Origin: Candidatus Zhuqueibacterota bacterium 4484_87
GTDB taxonomy: Bacteria; Zhuqueibacterota; Zhuqueibacteria; Thermofontimicrobiales; Thermofontimicrobiaceae
Assembly: GCA_002085355.1 (NCBI GenBank)
Contig: NATN01000037.1
Coordinates: 1 to 46,353 of the forward strand
Direction of reading: 5' to 3'
Length of the DNA stretch: 46,353 nucleotides
How positions within the stretch are numbered: the first letter of the stretch is position 1; every line of letters starts with the position of its first letter. Of the stretch, positions 26,428 through 36,278 are shown in pieces. The position numbers were made by a program, and so were the translations under genes. Under the pieces are notes generated by a model that made no database searches, was not told the DNA's origin, and saw only the letters and a program-made list of their open reading frames with translations.

Positions 26428-27090
26428 ATGACCCGAAAACAATTAGCCCAGCTCATTGATCACACTAATTTAAAGCCTGAGTCCACAACTGCGGATATTG
26501 AAAAACTATGTGATGAAGCCTTGGAGTATGGTTTTGCTTCAGTGTGCGTCAATTCTTTGTTTGTGCCTTTGTGCGCAGAAAAGGTAAAAGATTCTCCGGT
26601 GAGAGTGTGCGCTGTGGTCGGATTTCCTCTGGGAGCTTGTACGACTGATACAAAGGTGCAGGAAACAAAAGAGGCAGTGGCAAATGGCGCCGAAGAAATT
26701 GACATGGTCATTGCCGTGGGGAAACTAAAGGAAGGCAATGATAGTTATGTTGAAAATGACATTCGGCGGGTTGTAAATGTTGCAGGGAATCACGCGCATG
26801 TAAAAGTGATCATTGAAACCTGTCTGTTGACAAAAGAAGAGAAAATCAAAGCATGTCAGCTTGCACAAAAAGCGGGCGCTCATTTTGTAAAAACTTCTAC
26901 GGGTTTCAATAAAGCCGGTGCAACTGTGGAAGATGTTGCATTAATGCGAAGCATTGTCGGAGAATCAATGGGTGTAAAAGCTGCTGGCGGGATCCGGGAT
27001 TTGCAGACTGCTTTAGCGATGGTGAAGGCCGGCGCGAACAGAATCGGTGCCAGTGCGGGCATACAGATCATTAATGAAATGGAAAAATAG
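26428..27090 (+). CDS. deoC: Deoxyribose-phosphate aldolase
   Basis: LIDHTNLKP, VCVN, CAVVGFPLG, and the Schiff-base lysine context FVKTSTGF. Confidence 0.95.
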   Translation: MTRKQLAQLIDHTNLKPESTTADIEKLCDEALEYGFASVCVNSLFVPLCAEKVKDSPVRVCAVVGFPLGACTTDTKVQETKEAVANGAEEIDMVIAVGKLKEGNDSYVENDIRRVVNVAGNHAHVKVIIETCLLTKEEKIKACQLAQKAGAHFVKTSTGFNKAGATVEDVALMRSIVGESMGVKAAGGIRDLQTALAMVKAGANRIGASAGIQIINEMEK

Positions 27091-27104
27091 GTGTTGAGGA
27101 AAAT

Positions 27105-28436
27105 ATGAATGCAAAACTGCTTATTGAAAAGAAAAGAAACGGAGAAAATTTCTCGCAGGATGAAATCGACTATTTGATCAATAGTTTTGTTGCTGGGGAA
27201 ATTCCGGAATATCAGATTTCCGCTCTTCTAATGGCGATTTATTTTCAAGGGATGTCCTTTGATGAAATTTTCTGGCTCACAAATGCCATGCTAAATTCCG
27301 GGAAAAGAGTCAATCTGGAATCGCTCACTAATTTTCCTGTGGATAAACACAGCACCGGCGGCGTGGGCGATAAGGTATCGCTCATTTTAGCGCCGCTGGT
27401 TGCTGCCGCCGGCGTTGCTGTGCCAATGATGTCTGGGCGTGGCCTCGGCCATTCTGGCGGGACTTTGGATAAATTAGAGGCGATTCCCGGCTTTCGCACG
27501 AATTTATCCTTGGACGAGTTTGTCCATGAGTTGGAAATTCTTTCCGTTGCCATGATTGGTCAGACGGAAGAAATTGTACCTGCAGACAGAAAAATTTATG
27601 CGCTTCGCGATGCGACCGCGACAGTGCCCTCACTGCCGCTTATTGTCGCCAGCATTATGAGTAAGAAAATTGCTGAAGGAGCGAAGGGATTAGTGCTGGA
27701 TGTAAAAACCGGAAAAGGTGCGTTTCTCAAAACAGAGGAAAAAAGTTTGGAGCTGGCAAAACATCTGATTGCCATCGGTGAACGTTTTGGTGTGAAAACA
27801 ACAGCTTATTTGACTGCTATGGATCAGCCGTTGGGATTTGCAGTGGGAAACTGGCTGGAAACCAGAGAGGCTATTCAAACTCTCAAAGGTGAAGGTCCTG
27901 CTGATTTAGTGGAAGTTACTATCGCACTCAGTGCAGAGATGTTACTTCATGCCAAAGTGGATAATGATCTGGAAAGCGCTAAATCGCGCTTGCAGAGGCT
28001 GCTGGAAAGCGGTAAAGCGTATGAAAAATTTGTTGAGTTAGTGAAATACCAGGGCGGAGATGTAACAGTTGTGGAGAATCCTGATAAATATGTCCTGCCG
28101 AAGCGCAGATTTCTTTTTATCAGCCCGGTGAGCGGAGTTATCAAAGAGATCGACTCTTTTAAAATTGGCATCTTGGCGAACGAATTGGGAGCGGGAAGAA
28201 ATAAAATGAGCGATCCAATTAATCACGGCGCTGGAATTGTGTTTTATAAGAAAGAGGGCGATGAAGTAGAAAAGAACGAACCTATCGCTGAACTTCTGTT
28301 TGAGAAAAATATTAGCGATAAAGAGTTGAGCGCCAGAATGAATTTTGCCGTGTCTGTGGAGGAAAATTCAGGCGTGGTTGAACCGAAAAAAATGATTTTG
28401 CACTATGTCGGCCCTGATGATGCTACTGGCTTATAG
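27105..28436 (+). CDS. Thymidine / pyrimidine-nucleoside phosphorylase
   Basis: DKHSTGGVGDK, MSGRGLGHSGGTLDKLEAIPGF, and a C-terminal alpha/beta domain. I cannot separate the DeoA and Pdp subtypes by eye. Confidence 0.9.
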   Translation: MNAKLLIEKKRNGENFSQDEIDYLINSFVAGEIPEYQISALLMAIYFQGMSFDEIFWLTNAMLNSGKRVNLESLTNFPVDKHSTGGVGDKVSLILAPLVAAAGVAVPMMSGRGLGHSGGTLDKLEAIPGFRTNLSLDEFVHELEILSVAMIGQTEEIVPADRKIYALRDATATVPSLPLIVASIMSKKIAEGAKGLVLDVKTGKGAFLKTEEKSLELAKHLIAIGERFGVKTTAYLTAMDQPLGFAVGNWLETREAIQTLKGEGPADLVEVTIALSAEMLLHAKVDNDLESAKSRLQRLLESGKAYEKFVELVKYQGGDVTVVENPDKYVLPKRRFLFISPVSGVIKEIDSFKIGILANELGAGRNKMSDPINHGAGIVFYKKEGDEVEKNEPIAELLFEKNISDKELSARMNFAVSVEENSGVVEPKKMILHYVGPDDATGL

Positions 28437-28460
28437 TCCGAGAATTTGTATTTCAAAATA

Positions 28461-28501
28461 AAAGGCTGGGCCTATTAAAAAAAATAGACTCAGCCTTTTT
28501 T
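28461..28501. terminator. Hairpin between convergent genes (possibly a bidirectional terminator)
   Basis: AAAGGCTG ... CAGCCTTT stem, partly extended inward, with an A-run upstream and a T-run downstream. Confidence 0.5.
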
Positions 28502-28563
28502 AAAGATCAAATGCTGCGAAAAAACCACTTATAAATACTTCTCACTAATTTAAAAATAGCTAA

Positions 28564-30756
28564 TTAAAACCGCTTTCTTCCTTTTTTGTTGGTAATCCTC
28601 TGGGAATTTTTGATCGTATGCTTATCGCATTTCTGTGTCGGCGCGTTTTCCCTTTTAAAAACCTCCGAGATTACTTCAGGACAAAATTCCGTAGCTAATT
28701 TTTTTGTTTCCTTACAGATGTCCACGCGAACAACTCCTGGCGGCATCTCGAATGGAAGTGGCGGTAGTTGTAAAGTGTCATGCGCCGCTTTCATAAACCT
28801 CGCCCAAATGGGAAGTGCCACCACCGCGCCGGACTGCCCCCTCCCCAAGCTTTTCGCGGGGTCATCAAATCCGACCCAGACGCCGGCTACTATTTGTCTG
28901 GTGAACCCAATAAACCAGGCATCGGTAAAGTCATTTGTTGTGCCGGTTTTCCCGCCAGCAGGGTACTGGAAATTGTAAATTGTTCGCGCAGAATAGCCGG
29001 TCCCACCCGGGCTGAGAATACCTTGCAGCAAATCCGCCATGATATAAGCCGTTTCCCGTCTCAGCACTTCTTTGGCATTGGGATGGTTTTCCTCAAGGAT
29101 ATTTTGAGATTTATCGATAATTTGAGTGATTGCCATGGGAGTAGCAAGAATTCCCTGGTTGGCAAAAACACCAAAAGCAGAGGTCATTTCAATTGGACAA
29201 ACAGCGCCAGAACCGAGCCCCAGAGCGTCAACTTCCGGAAGCTCTGTTGTCAGCCCTAATTTTCGCGCATAGTCGATGATTGTTTTCGGCGGAACAACTT
29301 CCTGAACCAGACGGGCGGTAACTAAATTGAGCGATCTTTTCAGCGCCTCTCTGAGTGTGGTGGGCCCGCCCTGGGAATGGTCGTAATTATGCGGCGCCCA
29401 GCGGTCGCCATTGGGCAGATACAAAACAACGGGCTGATTCAGCAATTCAAATGACGGCGAATATCCATTGTCAATGGCAGCCGTGTAAACAATGGGTTTG
29501 AATGTTGAACCGGGCTGGCGCGTGCGCATTTGTACGGCGCGGTTATATTTGGACTCATTGAAATCCCTGCCGCCAATCATGGCGAGGATCGATCCGTCCG
29601 TTGGGTCCAGGGCGATAAAAGCGACCTGGATGGTGTAGTTTGCCGTAGCAATGGAATCCAGCAACGCGGGAAATTTCTTTTTCAGTTGGCTCAAAGAATA
29701 CTTTTTTTTCAATGAATCCGGCAGTAGAGCGCGGATCTTTCCGGTTGCGATAAGTCTTCTGTTGAAATTTGATTGCAATTTTTTCAGATGAATTTTGACT
29801 GCCCTCTCGGCACATGCCTGCACACGCGTATCCACTGTCGTGTACACGCTTAATCCTGCGGTGTAAAGATCCATGCGGTATTTTTTTTGTAAAGTCTGCC
29901 TGATGTATTCTGTAAAATACGGCGCAATGCCAAATTCTTCCTGATCGGAAGCCTCTTTGACATTCAAGGGGGTCGCCTTTGCTTGTTCAAATTCTTCTTT
30001 GGTGATGTGGCCGACAGATAACATGTTGTACAGCACTACATTCCGGCGAGATGTTACCAAATCAGGATTTCGGTAAGGGGAATATGCTGTAGGGCGTTGC
30101 AAAATCCCAGCCAGCATAGCGCATTCCGGTAGAGTCAGTTCTTTCGCGCTTTTGCCGAAGTATTTTTGTGATGCCGCTTCTGCGCCGTATGCCCCATGGC
30201 CGAAATACATGTGGTTGAGATACATTTCCAGAATTTCGTCTTTCGTGTACGTGCGTTCGATCTGTACTGCAGTGATGATTTCCCTCAGCTTACGCGTGAT
30301 TGTTTTTTGCAGATTCAGATAAAGCTGGCGTGCCAATTGTTGTGTCAGGGTACTTGCCCCCTGAGCAAATCTAAAATGAGTCACATCTATCAGCATTGCC
30401 TTGATAAAACGCTTCAGGTTAAAACCCCAATGATCGTAGAAATCGCGATCTTCTGTGTCCAACACAGCAAGTATCAGATTTCCAGGCATTTCGTTGAGCG
30501 GTTTGAGAATGCGTTTTTTAGTGAACAGCTCTTTTAACACGACGCCGTCGCGGGAGTAAATTTTTGTTGCCAATTCGGGGTTGTAATGTTCCAGTGTGTC
30601 GAGCGACGGCAAATCCCGGGTAAGATAAATGAAGAATATCACCCCAATTGCCAAAAGTACAGAAAAAATGATGAGAGCCAATCTCAGTTTTGGCCACAAA
30701 GCATTGGACGGCGAATCTGGAGAGAAATTATCATTTTGACGAATATGTCTTCTCAT
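28564..30756 (-). CDS. Class A penicillin-binding protein (PBP1A-type transglycosylase/transpeptidase)
   Basis: N-terminal TM. GT51 motifs EDRDFYDHWG and GASTLTQQLAR. Transpeptidase motifs STFKP (SxxK) and KTGTTND. Confidence 0.95.
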   Translation of the reverse strand: MRRHIRQNDNFSPDSPSNALWPKLRLALIIFSVLLAIGVIFFIYLTRDLPSLDTLEHYNPELATKIYSRDGVVLKELFTKKRILKPLNEMPGNLILAVLDTEDRDFYDHWGFNLKRFIKAMLIDVTHFRFAQGASTLTQQLARQLYLNLQKTITRKLREIITAVQIERTYTKDEILEMYLNHMYFGHGAYGAEAASQKYFGKSAKELTLPECAMLAGILQRPTAYSPYRNPDLVTSRRNVVLYNMLSVGHITKEEFEQAKATPLNVKEASDQEEFGIAPYFTEYIRQTLQKKYRMDLYTAGLSVYTTVDTRVQACAERAVKIHLKKLQSNFNRRLIATGKIRALLPDSLKKKYSLSQLKKKFPALLDSIATANYTIQVAFIALDPTDGSILAMIGGRDFNESKYNRAVQMRTRQPGSTFKPIVYTAAIDNGYSPSFELLNQPVVLYLPNGDRWAPHNYDHSQGGPTTLREALKRSLNLVTARLVQEVVPPKTIIDYARKLGLTTELPEVDALGLGSGAVCPIEMTSAFGVFANQGILATPMAITQIIDKSQNILEENHPNAKEVLRRETAYIMADLLQGILSPGGTGYSARTIYNFQYPAGGKTGTTNDFTDAWFIGFTRQIVAGVWVGFDDPAKSLGRGQSGAVVALPIWARFMKAAHDTLQLPPLPFEMPPGVVRVDICKETKKLATEFCPEVISEVFKRENAPTQKCDKHTIKNSQRITNKKGRKRF

Positions 30757-30821
30757 AAAAAACCCATTATTTTATTTTCTTTTTATCGTGTAGTGCATGT
30801 TTTTAAAACGAAAAAACGGAA

Positions 30822-31550
30822 TCAACTGTTCCAAAATTTAAGCTGCATTCCATTTTCCGCATCAAATTGGCCATAGGAAAAATTATGAATCCAATCGCCC
30901 AAGTTAATGAATGTTGAGCCATTGAGGCGTTTAAGCAGCGGCCGATGCGAGTGTCCGATAATAACGATATCAAAGCCAGCCGCAAATTTGTCTTTGGCAA
31001 ATTCGATATATTCGTTCGTGTGATCTGAAAATTTGTTTGTGGTGTATTCCCTGCTGCTTTGTGACATAAATTTCGCGAAAGGGATTCCGATGTCCGGATG
31101 CAACCAGCGGTAGAGAAAAATATTCACCGGATGCCTAAAGATTTTTTTCAAAAGCCGATAACCTTTGTCTTTTTTCAATATCCCGTCACCGTGAAAGAGA
31201 TAAAACTTTTTTCCCAGAATTGTTGGTGTATAAATATCATCGTGAAGTTCTATGTGAAGTTCCCTGGACATGAAATCCCGATGCCAGCAATCGTGATTTC
31301 CCGGCTGAAAGTGGACTTTTACGCCGGCGTCGATCAATTTTGAAATTTCAAAAAGGATAAAATAGAACTGCGCTGGCACTACCTGCTTGTATTCAAACCA
31401 AAAATCAAACAGATCCCCAACGATAAAAAGCTCATTGCCTTCTTTTTTAATGCTATCAAAAAAAGAAAAGAGTTTTTGATAACGACCACTCAATTTTTTA
31501 TCGAATGCAGCTCCGACGTGGATGTCTGAAATGAAATAATATGTCGCCAT
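30822..31550 (-). CDS. lpxH: UDP-2,3-diacylglucosamine diphosphatase
   Basis: Calcineurin-like metallophosphoesterase motifs FISDIHVG, GDLFDFW, GNHD and IIGHSH, at the size (242 aa) typical of LpxH. Confidence 0.8.
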   Translation of the reverse strand: MATYYFISDIHVGAAFDKKLSGRYQKLFSFFDSIKKEGNELFIVGDLFDFWFEYKQVVPAQFYFILFEISKLIDAGVKVHFQPGNHDCWHRDFMSRELHIELHDDIYTPTILGKKFYLFHGDGILKKDKGYRLLKKIFRHPVNIFLYRWLHPDIGIPFAKFMSQSSREYTTNKFSDHTNEYIEFAKDKFAAGFDIVIIGHSHRPLLKRLNGSTFINLGDWIHNFSYGQFDAENGMQLKFWNS

Positions 31551-31764
31551 AGAACGTGAACTGCTCCTTTTATTTGGAATGAATCCAAAAGATACAAAAT
31601 TATACGAGTTAATGCAATAAAAAACAGAGTCGCTGTAAAAAAATCTTGCTTTGGAATGAAAAAATCGCTAAATTCAGTGCCGATTTTTTTGAGGATTTCG
31701 TCGTCAAAAGCTAATTTCACAAATTTACGGAAATTTCTCCGCGGTCACAGGGTACTTATTTTTT

Positions 31765-32637
31765 ATGTTAAGATTAGAACTTAAAGCATACGCCAAAATC
31801 AACATCGGCTTGCGTGTCACCGGACGGCGGTCTGACGGATACCATGAGATTGAAACAGTCTTTCAGCAGATTGATATTTTCGATGATATTGTTGTTGAAA
31901 AATTATCGCCGGGACAAATTGTTGTTGAAACAACAAATCCGGAGCTGCCGACAGGTGAAGGAAACATCTGCTTTCGCGCTGCTGAAAAAGTGCGGGAAGC
32001 GTCGGGCGTAAATTTCGGGGTAAAAATATTTATCAAGAAAAATATTCCCGTTGGTGCAGGTCTTGGCGGCGGGAGCAGTGATGCCGCAGCGGTCATTCGT
32101 GGCATCAATGAACTTTTTCAGTTGAATCTTGCTGATCAAAAACGACAAAATATCGCACGAGAACTTGGCGCTGACGTGGTTTTTTTCCTCCTGGGAGGTA
32201 CAGCGTGGGCTACAGGGATTGGCGACGTTTTGCAGCCAGTGAGTTCGATGCCGCATTTTTGGGGGGTTTTAGTTTATCCGAATATAGAGATTTCTACGGC
32301 TTGGGCTTATAAAAATATTAATTTTAGCTTGACAAAAACTAAAAAAATTATTAAATTAGAAAGTCTCTTTGAAAAAAGAGAAAGTATGCGAGAGTTCTTT
32401 CAAAACGATTTAGAAATAGTAGTCTTTGACAAGTATCCTGAGCTTGCAGAAATAAAAGAAAAATTTTACCAATCCGGGGCGTTTTTTGCCAGTATGTCAG
32501 GAAGCGGATCGTCTGTTTATGGATTGTTTACGGATATTGCAGGGGCAGAAAATGCACAGGCAAGTTTCGGAGATCGCTATCGAACATTTTTAATACAACC
32601 CTTTGAAAAGACATCTATAACAAGAGGGGCGATGTGA
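31765..32637 (+). CDS. ispE: 4-(cytidine 5'-diphospho)-2-C-methyl-D-erythritol kinase
   Basis: AKINIGLRVTGRRSDGYHEIETVF and the GHMP kinase motif PVGAGLGGGSSDAAA. Confidence 0.9.
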   Translation: MLRLELKAYAKINIGLRVTGRRSDGYHEIETVFQQIDIFDDIVVEKLSPGQIVVETTNPELPTGEGNICFRAAEKVREASGVNFGVKIFIKKNIPVGAGLGGGSSDAAAVIRGINELFQLNLADQKRQNIARELGADVVFFLLGGTAWATGIGDVLQPVSSMPHFWGVLVYPNIEISTAWAYKNINFSLTKTKKIIKLESLFEKRESMREFFQNDLEIVVFDKYPELAEIKEKFYQSGAFFASMSGSGSSVYGLFTDIAGAENAQASFGDRYRTFLIQPFEKTSITRGAM

Positions 32638-32824
32638 GATTTTAATCTTGTTTTGTAAGATGGCATCGTTTTCATGAAGGGGGTGGGTATTTTCTGTTGG
32701 TAGATGTTATATTTTTTCAACCAAGGGCAACAAAACAACGGTCGTATTTTTAGCATGAAGTCGCGTTTTTTCAGCTAAAAAATTCAATTAAAAGATTCGC
32801 TGATTAGACAGGAGAATTTTACGG

Positions 32825-33100
32825 ATGAATATAACAGAAATTACCGTTACCCTGCGAAATGAGGATAAACTAAAAGCTTTTGTGAACGTGACTTTTGATG
32901 ATCAATTTGTCGTTCGGGGCTTGAAAGTGATCAAGAGTGCGAACGGATTTTTTATCAGTATGCCGAGCCGCAAGATGCCCGATGGAACATTTCGGGACAT
33001 TGCGCATCCAATTACTAAAGAATTTCGTGAGTTCATTGAAAAAGCTATTTTGAAAAAATATAACGAGACGTTAGAGCAAGAAAAATCAAATCAAGATTAG
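32825..33100 (+). CDS. spoVG: Septation/regulatory protein SpoVG
   Basis: MNITEITVTLRNEDKLKAFVNVTFDDQFVVRGLKVIKSANGFFISMPSRKMPDGTFRDIAHPI matches the SpoVG family closely. Confidence 0.9.
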   Translation: MNITEITVTLRNEDKLKAFVNVTFDDQFVVRGLKVIKSANGFFISMPSRKMPDGTFRDIAHPITKEFREFIEKAILKKYNETLEQEKSNQD

Positions 33101-33122
33101 CCTGATTTAAAAAAAATGACAT

Positions 33123-33194
33123 TGGGGCGTCGCCAAGTGGCAAGGCACAGGGTTTTGGTCCCTGCATTCGGAGGTTCGAATCCTCCCGCCCCAG
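33123..33194 (+). tRNA. tRNA-Gln (anticodon TTG)
   Basis: Cloverleaf folded by hand. Acceptor stem TGGGGCG/CGCCCCA. Anticodon stem CAGGG/CCCTG with loop TTTTGGT (anticodon TTG). T arm GGAGG-TTCGAAT-CCTCC. Discriminator base G. No encoded CCA. Confidence 0.9.
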
Positions 33195-33345
33195 CTTTTC
33201 ATTTTAAATCGTCATCAAAAATGAATGACGGAAATCAGATGAGGAGCATGGATTGCGAGCGTTTCAGCACAGAGAACGATGCTGTTTCATGGCTTAAGTG
33301 CTGCTCCTGATGGGTTTTCGTCTTTTTTTATTAAAGAGACGTCAA

Positions 33346-34281
33346 ATGGGAAATTCGCTAAAAATTTTTGCTGGCAGCGCAAGTCGGATTTTGGCAGAGA
33401 AAATGGCCAACCATTTGGATATGATGGTCGGAGAGTCAACCATGGAGCGCTTCAAGGACGGCGAGATGTCTGTGAAGTACGAAGAAAACATTCGCGGCTG
33501 TGACGTGTTCATTGTACAATCGACTTATCCGCCGGCGGATCATTTTATGGAGTTGCTGATTATGTTGGATGCTGCCCGGCGCTCTTCCGCAAGGAGAATT
33601 ACAGCGGTTATTCCCTATTTTGGTTATGCACGTCAGGACAGAAAAGATCAGCCCCGAGTTGCCATCACAGCAAAATTGGTAGCAAATCTTATTCGCACTG
33701 CCGGTGCAGACCGGGTTTTAACAATGGATTTGCACGCGCCGCAAATTCAGGGCTTTTTTGATATTCCGCTGGATCATTTGTATTCTTCGCCCATTTTGGC
33801 GGAGTATTTTCGCAAAAGGCACATTAAAGATTTAGTTGTACTTTCGCCCGATATTGGCGGCGTAAAAATGGCGCGCGCTTATGCCAAGCGATTGGATGCT
33901 CCGCTGGCGATTGTCGATAAAAGACGCGAAAAGGCGAATGTGGCGGAAGTGATGCATTTGATCGGCGAAGTAAAAGACAAGAATATTTTGATTGTTGATG
34001 ATATTGTGGATACGGCGGGTACAATTTACAAAGCTGCACAGCGTTTGAAAGAAGAGGGGGCAAAAAATATCTATGCGGCTTGTACGCATCCTTTGCTTTC
34101 TGGTGAGGCGATTGAAAATATAACAAAGGCTGGCTTGGCGGAATTTGTGGCAATGGATACCATTCCTATTCCACCGGAGAAGAAACGGAAAAATTTCACA
34201 ATTTTATCAGTCGCCAATTTGTTTGCCAATGCCATTAAGCGCATTCACAATGAAGAATCGATCAGTATTTTATTTGACTAA
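33346..34281 (+). CDS. prs: Ribose-phosphate pyrophosphokinase
   Basis: LKIFAGSAS, FKDGE, DLHAPQIQGFFDIPLDHL, and the PRPP loop IVDDIVDTAGT. I prefer the ATG at 33346 over the GTG at 33298. Confidence 0.95.
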   Translation: MGNSLKIFAGSASRILAEKMANHLDMMVGESTMERFKDGEMSVKYEENIRGCDVFIVQSTYPPADHFMELLIMLDAARRSSARRITAVIPYFGYARQDRKDQPRVAITAKLVANLIRTAGADRVLTMDLHAPQIQGFFDIPLDHLYSSPILAEYFRKRHIKDLVVLSPDIGGVKMARAYAKRLDAPLAIVDKRREKANVAEVMHLIGEVKDKNILIVDDIVDTAGTIYKAAQRLKEEGAKNIYAACTHPLLSGEAIENITKAGLAEFVAMDTIPIPPEKKRKNFTILSVANLFANAIKRIHNEESISILFD

Positions 34282-34305
34282 TTTAAGCAAAAATGGAGTG
34301 AAACA

Positions 34306-34950
34306 ATGACACCGACAGATATTAGTTTATCCCTGGTATCGAGAGCAGAGACAGGGAAAGAAAACGCGAAAAAATTGAGAAGAGAAGGCAAAATACCTGG
34401 TGTGTTTTATGCGCATGGTGAAAAATCAGTGCCGATCGTTGTAGAGGATCGTGAACTGGCAAAAGTGATTGCCCAGGTTGGCGGTTTGATTGATGTCCAA
34501 ATTGACGGCAAGAAAAAAAGAAAAGCAATTATTAAAGATGTGCAGTCAGATCCGATCACCAATAAATTTTTTCATGTGGACATTATGGGCGTCCATTTGA
34601 AAGAAAAAGTGACGGTTACCGTGCCTCTGCATGTCGTCGGCGATCCCGTTGGCGTCAAAGATCAGGGCGGAATTTTACACCAGTACAGCCATGAAATTGA
34701 CGTTTCCTGTTTGCCGCTCGATATTCCCGATCATGTGGAAGTTGATGTGAGCGAGCTAAATATTGGGGATTCAATCACTATCGGTGACATTAAAATTGAA
34801 AATGTTACCATTGTTGGCGAGGAAGAACAACCGTTGGCAACAATTCTCGCACCTACGGTTTCCAAAGAGCCTGTTGAAGAAGAAGAGGGCGAAGAAGAGG
34901 CCGTTGAAGGTGAAGCAGAAGCTGACGGCGAAGAAAAAACAGAAGAATAA
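34306..34950 (+). CDS. rplY: 50S ribosomal protein L25 / general stress protein Ctc, with an acidic tail
   Basis: RREGKIPGVFY and FFHVDIMGV are L25/Ctc motifs. The C-terminal tail is EEEEGEEEAVEGEAEADGEEKTEE. Confidence 0.9.
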   Translation: MTPTDISLSLVSRAETGKENAKKLRREGKIPGVFYAHGEKSVPIVVEDRELAKVIAQVGGLIDVQIDGKKKRKAIIKDVQSDPITNKFFHVDIMGVHLKEKVTVTVPLHVVGDPVGVKDQGGILHQYSHEIDVSCLPLDIPDHVEVDVSELNIGDSITIGDIKIENVTIVGEEEQPLATILAPTVSKEPVEEEEGEEEAVEGEAEADGEEKTEE

Positions 34951-34964
34951 TAATTTTATATTAG

Positions 34965-35531
34965 ATGTTAAACGAACGATTTCTGATTGCCGGGCTCGGC
35001 AATCCGGGCAAGCGATATCGCGATACGCGGCATAACTTGGGCTTCATGATTGTTGATTTTATTGCTCGTAAAAAGAGAGTGAAATTTAAAAAGCATGAGT
35101 TTTTTGAGATTGCCCGTTTTCAATTGGATGAAAAAGAAATTGTTTTAATGAAGCCGCTGACCTTTATGAATCGCAGCGGCATTGCTGTCGCCTATGGCGT
35201 TGAGGCGAATCAAATCGTTCTTTCAAATTTATTAGTGGTTATTGATGATCTGTCTTTACCCTTTGAAAGAATGAGGTTTCGCGCAAAGGGAAGTTCTGGC
35301 GGGCATAATGGCTTGAAATCAATAATTAATTATCTACAGTCGGAGGAGTTTCCTCGTCTCAGAGTTGGAATCAGACCGGATCTGGAAGTTGACGACATTG
35401 TTGAGTTTGTTTTATCTCCGTTTAGTGAAGAAGAGCAGAAAAACTTAGACGCAATTATCGAACGCGCTGCAGATGCTGTTTTTTACTGGATATCCGAAGG
35501 CATTGAGAGCGCGATGAATGCGTTTAATTGA
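34965..35531 (+). CDS. pth: Peptidyl-tRNA hydrolase
   Basis: LIAGLGNPGKRYRDTRHNLGF, and GGHNGLKSI. Confidence 0.95.
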   Translation: MLNERFLIAGLGNPGKRYRDTRHNLGFMIVDFIARKKRVKFKKHEFFEIARFQLDEKEIVLMKPLTFMNRSGIAVAYGVEANQIVLSNLLVVIDDLSLPFERMRFRAKGSSGGHNGLKSIINYLQSEEFPRLRVGIRPDLEVDDIVEFVLSPFSEEEQKNLDAIIERAADAVFYWISEGIESAMNAFN

Positions 35532-35612
35532 CGGGTGAGGCGTAAGAATAAGTGTGAACTTATTCAAATCTTCGGCGTTGAAGTAATCACTAAATCAAAA
35601 AGGAGAAGGATA

Positions 35613-36278
35613 TTGGACAACGTAGCAGTTTCTCTCATCACAAGCCTGCTTGCTCTTGGTTTTGTTGTATACTTGAGCATTGATGTGCTGCGAAAAGATA
35701 TGGGTAGCCAAAAGATGGCAGACATATCTCGATTAATCCAGCAAGGGGCGCGAGCCTTTTTGAGACGGGAATATATTTATGTCTCATTATTTGTAACGGT
35801 TATAGCGATTTTGATCGCTGTCGCTCCGTATCTCACCCAAGTTGAATTGAGTTGGCGAACATCAGTTGCATTTATCGGCGGCGCGTTGGTTTCCGCTTTA
35901 GCGGGATACATCGGAATGAGTATCGCGACAAAAGCGAACGCGCGCACCACACAGGGCGCAATTACCGGCGGCGTAAAAGGCGCGCTGAGCATTGCTATCA
36001 GCGGCGGAGCTGTCATGGGAATGAGTGTCGTTGGCTTGGCTTTGTTCGGTTTAAGCGTTTTTTACATTATTTTTGATGGCGAGCCGGTAATAATCAACGG
36101 TTATGCCATGGGCGCAAGTGCGGCGGAATTTTCACCAAAGGCGCAGATATGGGCGCAGATTTGGTGGGGAAAGTTGAAGCGGGAATTCCTGAGGATGACC
36201 CCAGAAATCCGGCTGTCATTGCGGACAACGTCGGCGACAATGTGGGAGACGTCGCAGGTCTCGGCGCAGATTTGTTAG
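35613..36278 (+). CDS. hppA: Membrane-bound pyrophosphatase, N-terminal fragment (1 of 2); frame lost at about 36119
   Basis: The TTG at 35613 follows AGGAGAAGG. Family motifs: IQQGARAFLRREY and GYIGMSIATKANARTT. After GYAMGAS the frame turns into non-homologous sequence ([11 protein letters not shown]...). Confidence 0.8.
   Translation: MDNVAVSLITSLLALGFVVYLSIDVLRKDMGSQKMADISRLIQQGARAFLRREYIYVSLFVTVIAILIAVAPYLTQVELSWRTSVAFIGGALVSALAGYIGMSIATKANARTTQGAITGGVKGALSIAISGGAVMGMSVVGLALFGLSVFYIIFDGEPVIINGYAMGASAAEFSPKAQIWAQIWWGKLKREFLRMTPEIRLSLRTTSATMWETSQVSAQIC

Noticed and set aside
31490-31720. A 76-aa minus-strand ORF in the lpxH / ispE divergent region.
   Set aside because: It has a GTG start with GGAGA about 15 nt away. 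It runs 61 nt into lpxH in another frame and has AT-rich low-complexity composition, so it is probably spurious.
33195-33345. Several short hairpins (CGTCAT...ATGACG, AGGAGCA...TGCTCCT, CGTCTTT...AGAGACG) between tRNA-Gln and prs, as a possible riboswitch or sRNA.
   Set aside because: The stems are short (6-7 bp) and not followed by convincing U-tracts. I recognise no known riboswitch core. They may simply serve tRNA 3' processing or termination.
33116-33503. ORFs 33116..33310 and 33279..33503, and the GTG-started N-terminal extension of prs (33298).
   Set aside because: The first overlaps tRNA-Gln on the same strand. The second is out of frame with prs. The prs family N-terminus (LKIFAGSAS) starts right after the ATG at 33346.
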